Shown in pieces: positions 36,211 to 43,264 of a stretch of 64,000 bases of DNA. Source of the DNA: a phage. Under the pieces are notes generated by a model. It did no database searches. It had not been told where the DNA came from and was given only the letters and a program-made list of their open reading frames with translations. The translations under genes and the position numbers were made by a program. The DNA is taken from NCBI GenBank assembly GCA_018175075.1, contig GCA_018175075.1_4100.1; one strand, 5' to 3'. Positions within the stretch are counted from its first letter, which is position 1; the number at the start of each line of letters is the position of its first letter.

Positions 36211-36870
36211 ATGAAACTTAATGCACACAGCAAACAATACCTTAAGCACTTTAAGTACCTCAACAGTATTCAAGCAGAATCTTTTACACCAGCATATACG
36301 TATCACCCAAATGTACTAAAGAAACGAAATAAAAAGAAAAAATCCAGAAATGTTCTCGTATCTAAGAACCTCAAATCGTACTTGAAGAAAAATAATATAG
36401 CTCTTGCTTTTATTAATATCTATAATACTGATTTAAAAGTATTGAGTACTAATACCAGCACAAAAGCACTAAAGAATGCATCTATCTATATACACATGGA
36501 TAATATCCCGTGCACTATAATTCTATCTTTCGGGAATGTATACTTCTTCGGGAATTGTAATAGCACCCATGATATCAGTACTGCACAATTCCAAATCGGC
36601 GATATGTACTGCATGGGTTCAGAAAAAATACACGATAACATGCACTTCTTCCAAAAGCAACGTACTAACGAAACTGATACAGTACTGCAATTCCTCAAAG
36701 AACTAGAACACAAAGAATTATCCGAGGAAGAAGAATTCATGTACAGTACTGTAATCGATAATCCAGAACTCTATAAAAACGCGTACAAACTAACAAAACA
36801 TGTACAGGAACTTATCAGTACTGATAAGAAATTTCATCACCTCATTACGTATATTTCAAACTATGTATAA
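36211..36870 (+). CDS. hypothetical protein, basic N-terminus (interrupts the small-gene array)
   Basis: 219 aa; AAGGA SD. Confidence 0.6.
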   Translation: MKLNAHSKQYLKHFKYLNSIQAESFTPAYTYHPNVLKKRNKKKKSRNVLVSKNLKSYLKKNNIALAFINIYNTDLKVLSTNTSTKALKNASIYIHMDNIPCTIILSFGNVYFFGNCNSTHDISTAQFQIGDMYCMGSEKIHDNMHFFQKQRTNETDTVLQFLKELEHKELSEEEEFMYSTVIDNPELYKNAYKLTKHVQELISTDKKFHHLITYISNYV

Positions 36871-37045
36871 AGAATACTACAAAGATAAAATCCCAATGCA
36901 TCTACAACACCATATACCAAACGTTGCATTGGGTATCAAAGATCACGCAAAGATAATGTTCCAACAATGTACTAAGTACACGCTCATATACGATGATAAT
37001 CCATATATGCTGTACTACGTAGTAATGCTAACATTCAGGTACTAA
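36863..37045 (+). CDS. small protein, YY/LIYRY tandem family
   Basis: MYKEYYKDKIPMHL...VVMLTFRY. Confidence 0.6.
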   Translation: MYKEYYKDKIPMHLQHHIPNVALGIKDHAKIMFQQCTKYTLIYDDNPYMLYYVVMLTFRY

Positions 37046-37046
37046 T

Positions 37047-37226
37047 ATGAATACTTATAAAGAATTCTACCTCTCGTACCTTAATTCCGATATAGTAACA
37101 TCCAATACATTCAGTACTAAAATTATCTATAATGAATTAATGAAAGAATGTATTAAAGGTGCTATTAACCCTAAAGATACGTATGACTTGTACTATGCAG
37201 TACTAACCCTTGTTTTCACGAAATAA
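37047..37226 (+). CDS. small protein, YY/LIYRY tandem family
   Basis: 59 aa, below track cutoff: MNTYKEFYLSYL...AVLTLVFTK. Confidence 0.55.
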   Translation: MNTYKEFYLSYLNSDIVTSNTFSTKIIYNELMKECIKGAINPKDTYDLYYAVLTLVFTK

Positions 37227-37234
37227 CACATAAT

Positions 37235-37426
37235 ATGAATAACCACAAAGAATACTACATAGAGAAACTCCCAATGTATCTCCAACACCTTGTACCAACA
37301 GAACCATTGGGTATAGAAAAAAACTACGAAAAAGACTACTTCATTCAGTGCACTAAATCCTCGATATATATTGAAGACTATAATCGAGTACTGTATCACA
37401 TCCTTTTACTAATATATAGGTACTAA
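37235..37426 (+). CDS. small protein, YY/LIYRY tandem family
   Basis: MNNHKEYYIEKLPMYL...ILLLIYRY. Confidence 0.65.
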   Translation: MNNHKEYYIEKLPMYLQHLVPTEPLGIEKNYEKDYFIQCTKSSIYIEDYNRVLYHILLLIYRY

Positions 37427-37427
37427 T

Positions 37428-37610
37428 ATGCACAAAGAATACTACACACAATTTCTCCCCAGCATTTTTGAACACTACGCCAGATACAAAGTCCCTATGG
37501 ATAACGATTTGGCAGTACTGGGATTCAATAACTGCATAGAACGAAGTATAGAAAATAGTAGTAGTTATGACCAGCTATATAACACTATCCTACTTATATT
37601 CAGGTACTAA
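37428..37610 (+). CDS. small protein, YY/LIYRY tandem family
   Basis: MHKEYYTQFLP...TILLIFRY; AGGTACTAATATG junction. Confidence 0.65.
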   Translation: MHKEYYTQFLPSIFEHYARYKVPMDNDLAVLGFNNCIERSIENSSSYDQLYNTILLIFRY

Positions 37611-37611
37611 T

Positions 37612-37800
37612 ATGCATAAAGAATACTACACAAAATATTTCCCAATGTACCTCAGTACTAATCTATTAGATAAACCTCGCGGTATCAATGCACAAAACGA
37701 TAAAGTGTATTTTACTATGTGTACTAAAGCATGTATACTAGATTTTGACAGCTACCATCGAGTACTGTATCATACCCTGTACCTAGCTTTCGTATTCTAA
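37612..37800 (+). CDS. small protein, YY/LIYRY tandem family
   Basis: MHKEYYTKYFPMYL...; same junction. Confidence 0.65.
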   Translation: MHKEYYTKYFPMYLSTNLLDKPRGINAQNDKVYFTMCTKACILDFDSYHRVLYHTLYLAFVF

Positions 37801-37809
37801 AAGAACAAT

Positions 37810-37995
37810 ATGCATAAAGAATTCTACTTAAGCCATCTCGATCTAAACTCCCAAATGCTTATACCACTAATCCCAATAGATATCAAGGATAAGAAAAATA
37901 CCGAACAATTCATTTACCATACACAGTGTGCGATCACCCCAAATTACATTCCATATGAATTGTACTACATTATCGCCCTAATATATAGGTACTAA
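37810..37995 (+). CDS. small protein, YY/LIYRY tandem family
   Basis: MHKEFYLSHL...IIALIYRY. Confidence 0.65.
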   Translation: MHKEFYLSHLDLNSQMLIPLIPIDIKDKKNTEQFIYHTQCAITPNYIPYELYYIIALIYRY

Positions 37996-37996
37996 T

Positions 37997-38182
37997 ATGC
38001 ATAGAGAATACTACACACAATTTGTTAAAGGGAACTACAAACATGCCGTACCCAGAACCCCTTTAAATTCTCATGACCCAAGTACTATATTCTTGTTTAA
38101 TGACGCAATACGTACAGTACTCAATACTAAAGATGAAGATGTGCAGTACGTATTCTTACTATTACTTATATACAGACACTAA
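37997..38182 (+). CDS. small protein, YY/LIYRY tandem family
   Basis: MHREYYTQFV...FLLLLIYRH. Confidence 0.65.
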   Translation: MHREYYTQFVKGNYKHAVPRTPLNSHDPSTIFLFNDAIRTVLNTKDEDVQYVFLLLLIYRH

Positions 38183-38187
38183 CTAAT

Positions 38188-38397
38188 ATGAATAAAGAAC
38201 ATAAAGAATTCTACTCCAAATACATAAGCCCCTCAGAACAAATGTTTCTAAGAACTACTCCACCTTTAAGTACTAATACATTTTTCGGCAGAGTATGCTA
38301 CAATAATTGTATTCAAATGACTTTAAACGCAAACGAAGATGGTAACAGTACTAACCTGTACTCAGGTATCATAGGTATACTATTCCTGTATGAATAA
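38188..38397 (+). CDS. small protein, YY/LIYRY tandem family
   Basis: MNKEHKEFYSKYI...GILFLYE; paralog of 34803. Confidence 0.65.
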   Translation: MNKEHKEFYSKYISPSEQMFLRTTPPLSTNTFFGRVCYNNCIQMTLNANEDGNSTNLYSGIIGILFLYE

Positions 38398-38581
38398 TTA
38401 CAAAGACTTCTATTTGAATACACTACCTACTGTACTTTCTCTAAGTGCTCAATGTAAAATCCCGCTGGATAATGCTTACGCCAGATATAGCTATTCCATA
38501 ACTGTTAATCGATGTATAGAGAATCATTGCAGTACTAACACTAGTACTATCATATTAATTAATAGAGAATACTATGTATAA
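38390..38581 (+). CDS. small protein, YY/LIYRY tandem family
   Basis: MNNYKDFYLNTLP... Confidence 0.6.
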   Translation: MNNYKDFYLNTLPTVLSLSAQCKIPLDNAYARYSYSITVNRCIENHCSTNTSTIILINREYYV

Positions 38582-38765
38582 AAACTTCTATATAAGTAAA
38601 CTAAAAGAAAATGAACAAGTATGGATTAGATCTATAATTCCACTGGCATTTAATAGATATGCATTTAACAGATGTACCGAGATTGCTATAGACCCTTATA
38701 ATATTAAAGAGAATGTACAGTATAATCAGTACTACTATATCTTAATGCTTATATATAGAAAGTAA
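38574..38765 (+). CDS. small protein, YY/LIYRY tandem family
   Basis: MYKNFYISKLKE...YILMLIYRK; last gene of the array. Confidence 0.6.
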   Translation: MYKNFYISKLKENEQVWIRSIIPLAFNRYAFNRCTEIAIDPYNIKENVQYNQYYYILMLIYRK

Positions 38766-38782
38766 TTAAACACATAGAGACA

Positions 38783-38872
38783 GGGGAAGCTCCTAGTGAA
38801 CAACCTTTATGTACAGGCGAATTGTTAAAATTCAGCCTGGACAAATGCGATCACTAGGATTCTCCCCAGGCT
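38783..38872 (+). other. long-range inverted repeat / structured element after the small-gene array
   Basis: GGGGA..TCCTAGTGA (38783-99) pairs with TCACTAGGA..TCCCC (38851-67); AGCCTGG/CCAGGCT alternative stem. Confidence 0.4.
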
Positions 38873-39403
38873 AAACCCCGTAATCATAGGTAGTCATAAG
38901 TAATCATATATAAACATTTATATGAGCACCGTAGAATCACAGAATGATTATATATGATTCAGTACTGATTAGTATAGACAAGATTGCTCAAGAATGCACG
39001 GAAATGTGTGTGAATGATTCAGTACTGATATCCCACTAAGTAGGCAGAGGAAGTCTGCCGTACTTTGTAGTTTCCAAGCTCCTTTTCCATTTTGCAAATT
39101 ACATCAAATGTAATCAAAAGTAATCACACAATGATTAGTACTGAATTATTACTTTCACCTTAATTACAATTACCCTTTTACCCTTCGGGGTAAAATTCCA
39201 TTACCCCTTGAGGCTCCAGCAAAAAGTTGGTTAGTACTCCATCCTAAATCTCGATCCTAAAAATTTTGGAGTACCTATGAAATAAAAGTTGGATCTTCGA
39301 AAGTTGAAATTTACGTTGGGACGTTTATGATTTGTGGGATATAATGATGTTTGTAGTCGGGTAGTTCTCAAGAATATCAGTACTGAATGATGAAAGAAAG
39401 CTA

Positions 39404-39431
39404 TTGACTTTATGATTCAGTACTGTATAAT
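39404..39431 (+). promoter_or_regulatory. orphan promoter in the ORF-free hub
   Basis: TTGACT-N16-TGTATAAT-GTTTTACAT, same class as the mini-gene promoters. Confidence 0.55.
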
Positions 39432-39437
39432 GTTTTA

Positions 39438-39550
39438 CATAGAGAGATGAGTTGCCGCAAACAATTCATTCACTCTACTTCCTGTCGTGAGACAGTACAG
39501 AAAGATAGTTCCTCCTATGGGTGGTACATCTTTTAGAACCTCTTTTTTCG
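39438..39550 (+). ncRNA. candidate non-coding transcript (or 29-aa peptide mRNA, ORF 39447..39536)
   Basis: runs from the orphan promoter to T6 at 39543-48; contains CTGTC-GTGA-GACAG hairpin. Confidence 0.3.
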
Positions 39551-39819
39551 TAATATGAACAGTACTGATATTAACAGAATGGTGTCAGTACTGATTTTAA
39601 TTTAATGCATTATGCCACCAGCACAAGCTGGTGGATTCCCTCTAACAGTATTCAGTACTACATGATGGTCTTCATCCTCCTAGGGTAACATAGTGAGGGC
39701 TATGATGGCAGTACTGAATACTCCCTTTCAAAAGATAGATCTATGGTATAGTACTGACGGATTTTGGGCGTAGTTACCCTGGATGGATTTTGGGCGTAGA
39801 TATGTCTAGCCCTCCAGAA

Positions 39820-39950
39820 GTCTGGAAGTAAAGATGGCTATCCATCTAGACGGCTAAACGGCTAGATTTCTGGATGGCTGGATGGCTAGACGTTTGGACG
39901 GCTAAACGGCTAGATGGTTACACGTCTGGAAGTATAGACGGCTAAATCAA
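39820..39950 (+). repeat. iteron-like direct repeats
   Basis: GACGGCTAAACGGCTAGAT x2 (39849, 39897) + GACGGCTAAAT (39938); GGATGGCT x3; GTCTGGAAGTA x2; A/T tract follows. Confidence 0.6.
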
Positions 39951-40094
39951 AATTTTATTTTGTTTTTTCCAATAGTTCCCCTACCGCGTGGGGATAGTTT
40001 CCCCGCAGTATCTGGTGTTAGATTTTTCTGAATCTGGAATCATTATCTTATAAACTGGGGGCAATGTCAACGGCCTGGACGGATATTTTTAAAA

Positions 40095-40195
40095 ATTTTT
40101 TCAGTACTGAATTTTGGGCGTAACTATGCACCCGGTGGGCTGGAGTCTTTCTCGACTTGATGGAACTATTATACAGTACTGGAAAAATAAAGCAA
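40095..40195 (-). ncRNA. GGGTGC-core promoter-proximal RNA element, copy 1 (with promoter)
   Basis: TTGCTT-N16-TATAAT then ..GUCGAGAAAGAC..AGCCCACCGGGUGC..UACGCCCAAAAU. Confidence 0.35.
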
Positions 40196-40319
40196 TACCC
40201 TGGATGAAAAAAGTTTTAATTAATTTGCTTGCCATCCTGGGCCGGACTATGGTACTATAATTCAGTACTGAGAAAGTGCGTTAACCTGCTAGGGTGCGGG
40301 AGTGTATCCTTTTTTTATA

Positions 40320-40410
40320 TCTTGAATTTTGGGCGTAATTCCGCACCCTCTGGGGTTTCCGCTTTCTCGCGTCTATGTAGTAATTATACGCTTTTTCAGG
40401 ATCAAGTCAA
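40320..40410 (-). ncRNA. GGGTGC-core RNA element, copy 2 (with promoter)
   Basis: TTGACT-N16-TATAAT then ..CGCGAGAAAGCG..CCCCAGAGGGUGC..UACGCCCAAAAU. Confidence 0.35.
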
Positions 40411-40561
40411 TACCTAAAAACAAATAATTGAAAATAATTTAACGCGTTTAAACGGCCCGTAACGCCCTGGAATGATTAGAATGGTGCAAATGTATAGCTT
40501 AGGTGTATTAATGCGTTAGAATGCGTCTGAGGCCGTTTTATGGGGTGTAGTAGTGATTTGG

Positions 40562-40654
40562 TTGATTCAGTACTGAATAATAGTACTCCTATATAGAAAG
40601 ATAGTTCCCCTGGATTGATTCAGTACTGAATAATAGTACTCCTATATAGAAAGA
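40562..40654 (+). repeat. tandem direct repeat, period 53 bp
   Basis: TTGATTCAGTACTGAATAATAGTACTCCTATATAGAAAGA at 40562 and 40615. Confidence 0.7.
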
Positions 40655-40685
40655 AAACTATTTTAAAAGTACATGTAGAAAGTAC

Positions 40686-40745
40686 TTGCACCGTACTGAT
40701 AAAAGCGTATAATGTTTTACATCGAGAGCGGGAACACTTCCCGCT
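40686..40745 (+). promoter_or_regulatory. mini-gene promoter + 5'UTR hairpin unit
   Basis: AGTACTTGCAC..TATAATGTTTTACATC + AGCGGGAA-CAC-TTCCCGCT. Confidence 0.6.
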
Positions 40746-40768
40746 ACACTTTAAAAGAGATGAAAACG

Positions 40769-41131
40769 ATGGCGACTCAAATCAATAAAATCATGCTTAA
40801 CCTGGTAAACTTCCGCGATGAGATGAAAGGTCTTCCGGCTGAAACTGTAAAAATTCACATTGCAGCTTATCGGGAACTTATTGCAATGTTGCCGCTTAAG
40901 CGTGAACAATACGCCGCTACTTTGATGCTGGATTCAATGATCCATGTAATGATCTCAAATGATTTAACGATGGTTTATCAGTACATGGGAGAAAATTTCG
41001 CGGTGTGTAGTAAGCCAGTACCAGGGATGGCAACTACTGAGGAATTGCACGGTTTAAATTTAAAGCAAGATGCATGGGATAATATGCCTCGTTTCCTGGT
41101 ATGGGCTGACAGTGGCAAAATTTACAAATAA
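40769..41131 (+). CDS. hypothetical protein
   Basis: 120 aa from MATQINK; the track start 40712 lies inside the -10 box. Confidence 0.6.
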   Translation: MATQINKIMLNLVNFRDEMKGLPAETVKIHIAAYRELIAMLPLKREQYAATLMLDSMIHVMISNDLTMVYQYMGENFAVCSKPVPGMATTEELHGLNLKQDAWDNMPRFLVWADSGKIYK

Positions 41132-41145
41132 GTTTAATAAAGTAC

Positions 41146-41204
41146 TTGCAAACTATGTTTAATGGCGTATAATGTTTTACATCAGGTGGGGAATAGTTCC
41201 CCAC
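41146..41204 (+). promoter_or_regulatory. mini-gene promoter + 5'UTR hairpin unit
   Basis: TTGCAA-N16-TATAATGTTTTACATC + GTGGGGAA-TAG-TTCCCCAC. Confidence 0.6.
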
Positions 41205-41224
41205 TATATAAGAGGATTAAAAAA

Positions 41225-41464
41225 ATGGCTAAATCAAAAATGTTCTTAGGTCACAAAAACAAAACTCATTGGAATGTAAGCCTGTGGATTAATAACGATG
41301 AGGGATTGTATCGGTTGGCCCTGGATTTTATTAACGACAACACTAATCGCAATGATGCGGCCCGTCATATGATGTTATTTTTAGAACAGACTGGACAAGA
41401 TAAAACACCGGACGGATTCAAATATAGCACTACTGCGATCCGTGCGGCGATGGTTGGAATGTAA
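41225..41464 (+). CDS. hypothetical protein (paralog of 43265..43504)
   Basis: MAKSKMFLGHKNKTHWNVSLWINNDEGLY...TPDGFKYSTTAIRAAMVGM. Confidence 0.7.
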   Translation: MAKSKMFLGHKNKTHWNVSLWINNDEGLYRLALDFINDNTNRNDAARHMMLFLEQTGQDKTPDGFKYSTTAIRAAMVGM

Positions 41465-41554
41465 TAGAATAGAATTTATTTAAAGTACTATCGCAAAAAA
41501 TGATAGTACTTTATAATAGTGTTTTATTCATACACCAACGATAAGGGCAACAGC

Positions 41555-41818
41555 ATGAATATTAAGTATTTTGCGACGCGTGAACAAGCTCGGATCGCTG
41601 CACGCCAGGACGGGGCAACGTTTAAAGATATGGGCGTACAATCGGAACGTGGTAAACGTTGGGCCATTGTAAAGCGTAGTACCGCCAGATCATTACAGTA
41701 CTGGTTAGCGGCCTTAAAAAGTCCCGATAGTGTATCGCGTCGAGTGGTAGAAATAAAGCTCGACCGAAAGGGCAACCGCGTGACCGTGTACCGTACTAAA
41801 AAGATTGCAGTACTATAA
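41555..41818 (+). CDS. hypothetical protein (paralog of 54831..55226)
   Basis: MNIKYFATREQARIAARQDGATFKDMG...DRKGNRVTVYRTKK. Confidence 0.65.
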   Translation: MNIKYFATREQARIAARQDGATFKDMGVQSERGKRWAIVKRSTARSLQYWLAALKSPDSVSRRVVEIKLDRKGNRVTVYRTKKIAVL

Positions 41819-41826
41819 AAAAGTAC

Positions 41827-41885
41827 TTGCAAACTCTGTTTAATGGCGTATAATGTTTTACATCGAGAGCGGGAACACTTCCCGC
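41827..41885 (+). promoter_or_regulatory. mini-gene promoter + 5'UTR hairpin unit
   Basis: TTGCAA-N16-TATAATGTTTTACATC + GCGGGAA-CAC-TTCCCGC. Confidence 0.6.
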
Positions 41886-41906
41886 CTATAACCTGGAGTA
41901 ATAAAA

Positions 41907-42137
41907 ATGACTAATATGTATATGACTGAAGTTAAAACCGTAAAAGATACTACCACAAATAAAGTTACTTACTTACAGCGGATCTGTGGTGTATGGCAAC
42001 GTATCAGCAAATCAAAGTACTATAAATTAACATCATATGCAAACCGTTCTGATTCATTCAGTACTGAAATAAAAGGTAATAAAGTACACCAATACGGCAC
42101 TTATTATTATTACAGCCTGGACGCGATTGCAGTATAA
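41907..42137 (+). CDS. hypothetical protein
   Basis: 76 aa; promoter + GCGGGAA/TTCCCGC hairpin + GGAG SD. Confidence 0.65.
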   Translation: MTNMYMTEVKTVKDTTTNKVTYLQRICGVWQRISKSKYYKLTSYANRSDSFSTEIKGNKVHQYGTYYYYSLDAIAV

Positions 42138-42167
42138 GCAGTTTACAAATCTTTACAATTGCCGGTA

Positions 42168-42260
42168 TTGACTTATTTTGTCAGTACTGGCATAATGTAT
42201 TCATTGGCAGATAAGCCGTAGCCCATAGGGTGCGGGAGTGTATCTATAGAAAAATTAGTT
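42168..42260 (+). ncRNA. GGGTGC-core RNA element, copy 3 (with promoter)
   Basis: TTGACT-N17-CATAAT then ..GGCAGAUAAGCC..GCCCAUAGGGUGC. Confidence 0.35.
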
Positions 42261-42340
42261 TAGTATAGTTACAATTGTGCACCCGGTGGGTTAGCTGTTG
42301 TCATGGGGTATATTATGCCAGTACTGGATAGTGCTGTCAA
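42250..42340 (-). ncRNA. GGGTGC-core RNA element, copy 4 (with promoter), convergent with copy 3
   Basis: TTGACA-N17-CATAAT then ..ACCCACCGGGUGCACAAUUGUAACUAU. Confidence 0.35.
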
Positions 42341-42384
42341 TACTTTTTTAATATTCAGTACTGAAAACTATTTTTAAAAAGTAC

Positions 42385-42530
42385 TTGCAAACTATGTTTA
42401 AAGGCGTATAATGTTTTACATCAGGACGGGGAACGAAATAAGTAACTTCCCGTTAAGTAGCCCAGGAGTAAGGCACACGAAAAACTCCCCTGATAAAATA
42501 GTTTGACAATTGTTTTTAAAAGCGTATAAT
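42385..42530 (+). ncRNA. conserved ~80-nt leader RNA L1 between tandem promoters
   Basis: TTGCAA..TATAAT, AUCAGG..ACGGGGAA/UUCCCGU..UAAGUAG..GGAG/CUCC..CCUGAU, then TTGACA-N16-TATAAT. Confidence 0.4.
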
Positions 42531-42562
42531 ACTTACATCAACTACTGAATGAGGGTTACAAA

Positions 42563-43174
42563 ATGAAAACTATCACTACTACTACTTTCGTTATGGATTT
42601 TTCTGAATTGAACGCAGAACAAAAAACGTCAGCTATCGAACTGGTTCGGGAACGTGAAAAAAACTCAAACGACAATTATTTTTCTGAAAGTGAAATTGAA
42701 TACTATAAAGAAACAGTACTACCGGAATATGGCATTAATGACGCTGAAATACAATTCAGTGGCTTTTGGTCCCAGGGTGACGGTGCATCAATCAGTACTG
42801 ACCACGTTGACGCAGTGAAGTTTTTACGCAAGGTAAGAGCATTAACTAAGTATCGCTCAATCCGTCACCTGCTGAATGAAGATGATTTGGCGATGAGTGT
42901 AAAGCGTTCGCACTCCCACTACTCGCATGAGAATACTGTAAGCGGGTACATTGAATCGGCTTACACTGATTTAACCGCAAAACAAGAAACGTTAGTTAAT
43001 GAGCTTGAGGAACTACTCACTGAAACTATTCGTGAATTGTCCCGCAAGTTGTACCGTGATTTAGAGAATGCATATGAGGATCAATTCACCACTGAAAACA
43101 TTACGGCACTGATTGAGGGTAACGAATATCAATTCAATGTTATTGATGGCGTAGTAGAATCAATCGAATATTAA
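42563..43174 (+). CDS. hypothetical acidic protein
   Basis: 203 aa; FSGFWSQGDGASI motif; tandem promoters + conserved leader upstream. Confidence 0.7.
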   Translation: MKTITTTTFVMDFSELNAEQKTSAIELVREREKNSNDNYFSESEIEYYKETVLPEYGINDAEIQFSGFWSQGDGASISTDHVDAVKFLRKVRALTKYRSIRHLLNEDDLAMSVKRSHSHYSHENTVSGYIESAYTDLTAKQETLVNELEELLTETIRELSRKLYRDLENAYEDQFTTENITALIEGNEYQFNVIDGVVESIEY

Positions 43175-43185
43175 TTTAAAAAGTA

Positions 43186-43245
43186 CTTGCAAACTAAGTT
43201 TAAAAGCGTATAATACTTTATATCGAGGCGGGGAATGGTTCCCCG
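43186..43245 (+). promoter_or_regulatory. mini-gene promoter + 5'UTR hairpin unit
   Basis: TTGCAA-N16-TATAAT + GCGGGGAA-TGG-TTCCCCGC. Confidence 0.6.
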
Positions 43246-43264
43246 CTCAAACGAGGATTTAAAA

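Noticed and set aside
5928-36870. Possible family of ~190-220-aa basic-N-terminus proteins (5928, 19454, 36211) sitting next to paralog arrays
   Set aside because: The similarity is limited to composition and a few short patches seen by eye. It is not supportable without a computed alignment.
40229-40417. 62-aa ORF in the ORF-free hub
   Set aside because: It has no SD, spans two repeat elements and a promoter on the other strand, and has a low-complexity composition.
38766-40711. tRNA or other canonical RNA genes in the ORF-free hub
   Set aside because: I could find no GTTCGAATC-type T-loop, no cloverleaf-compatible acceptor/anticodon arrangement and no rRNA-like sequence. A tRNAscan run would be decisive.
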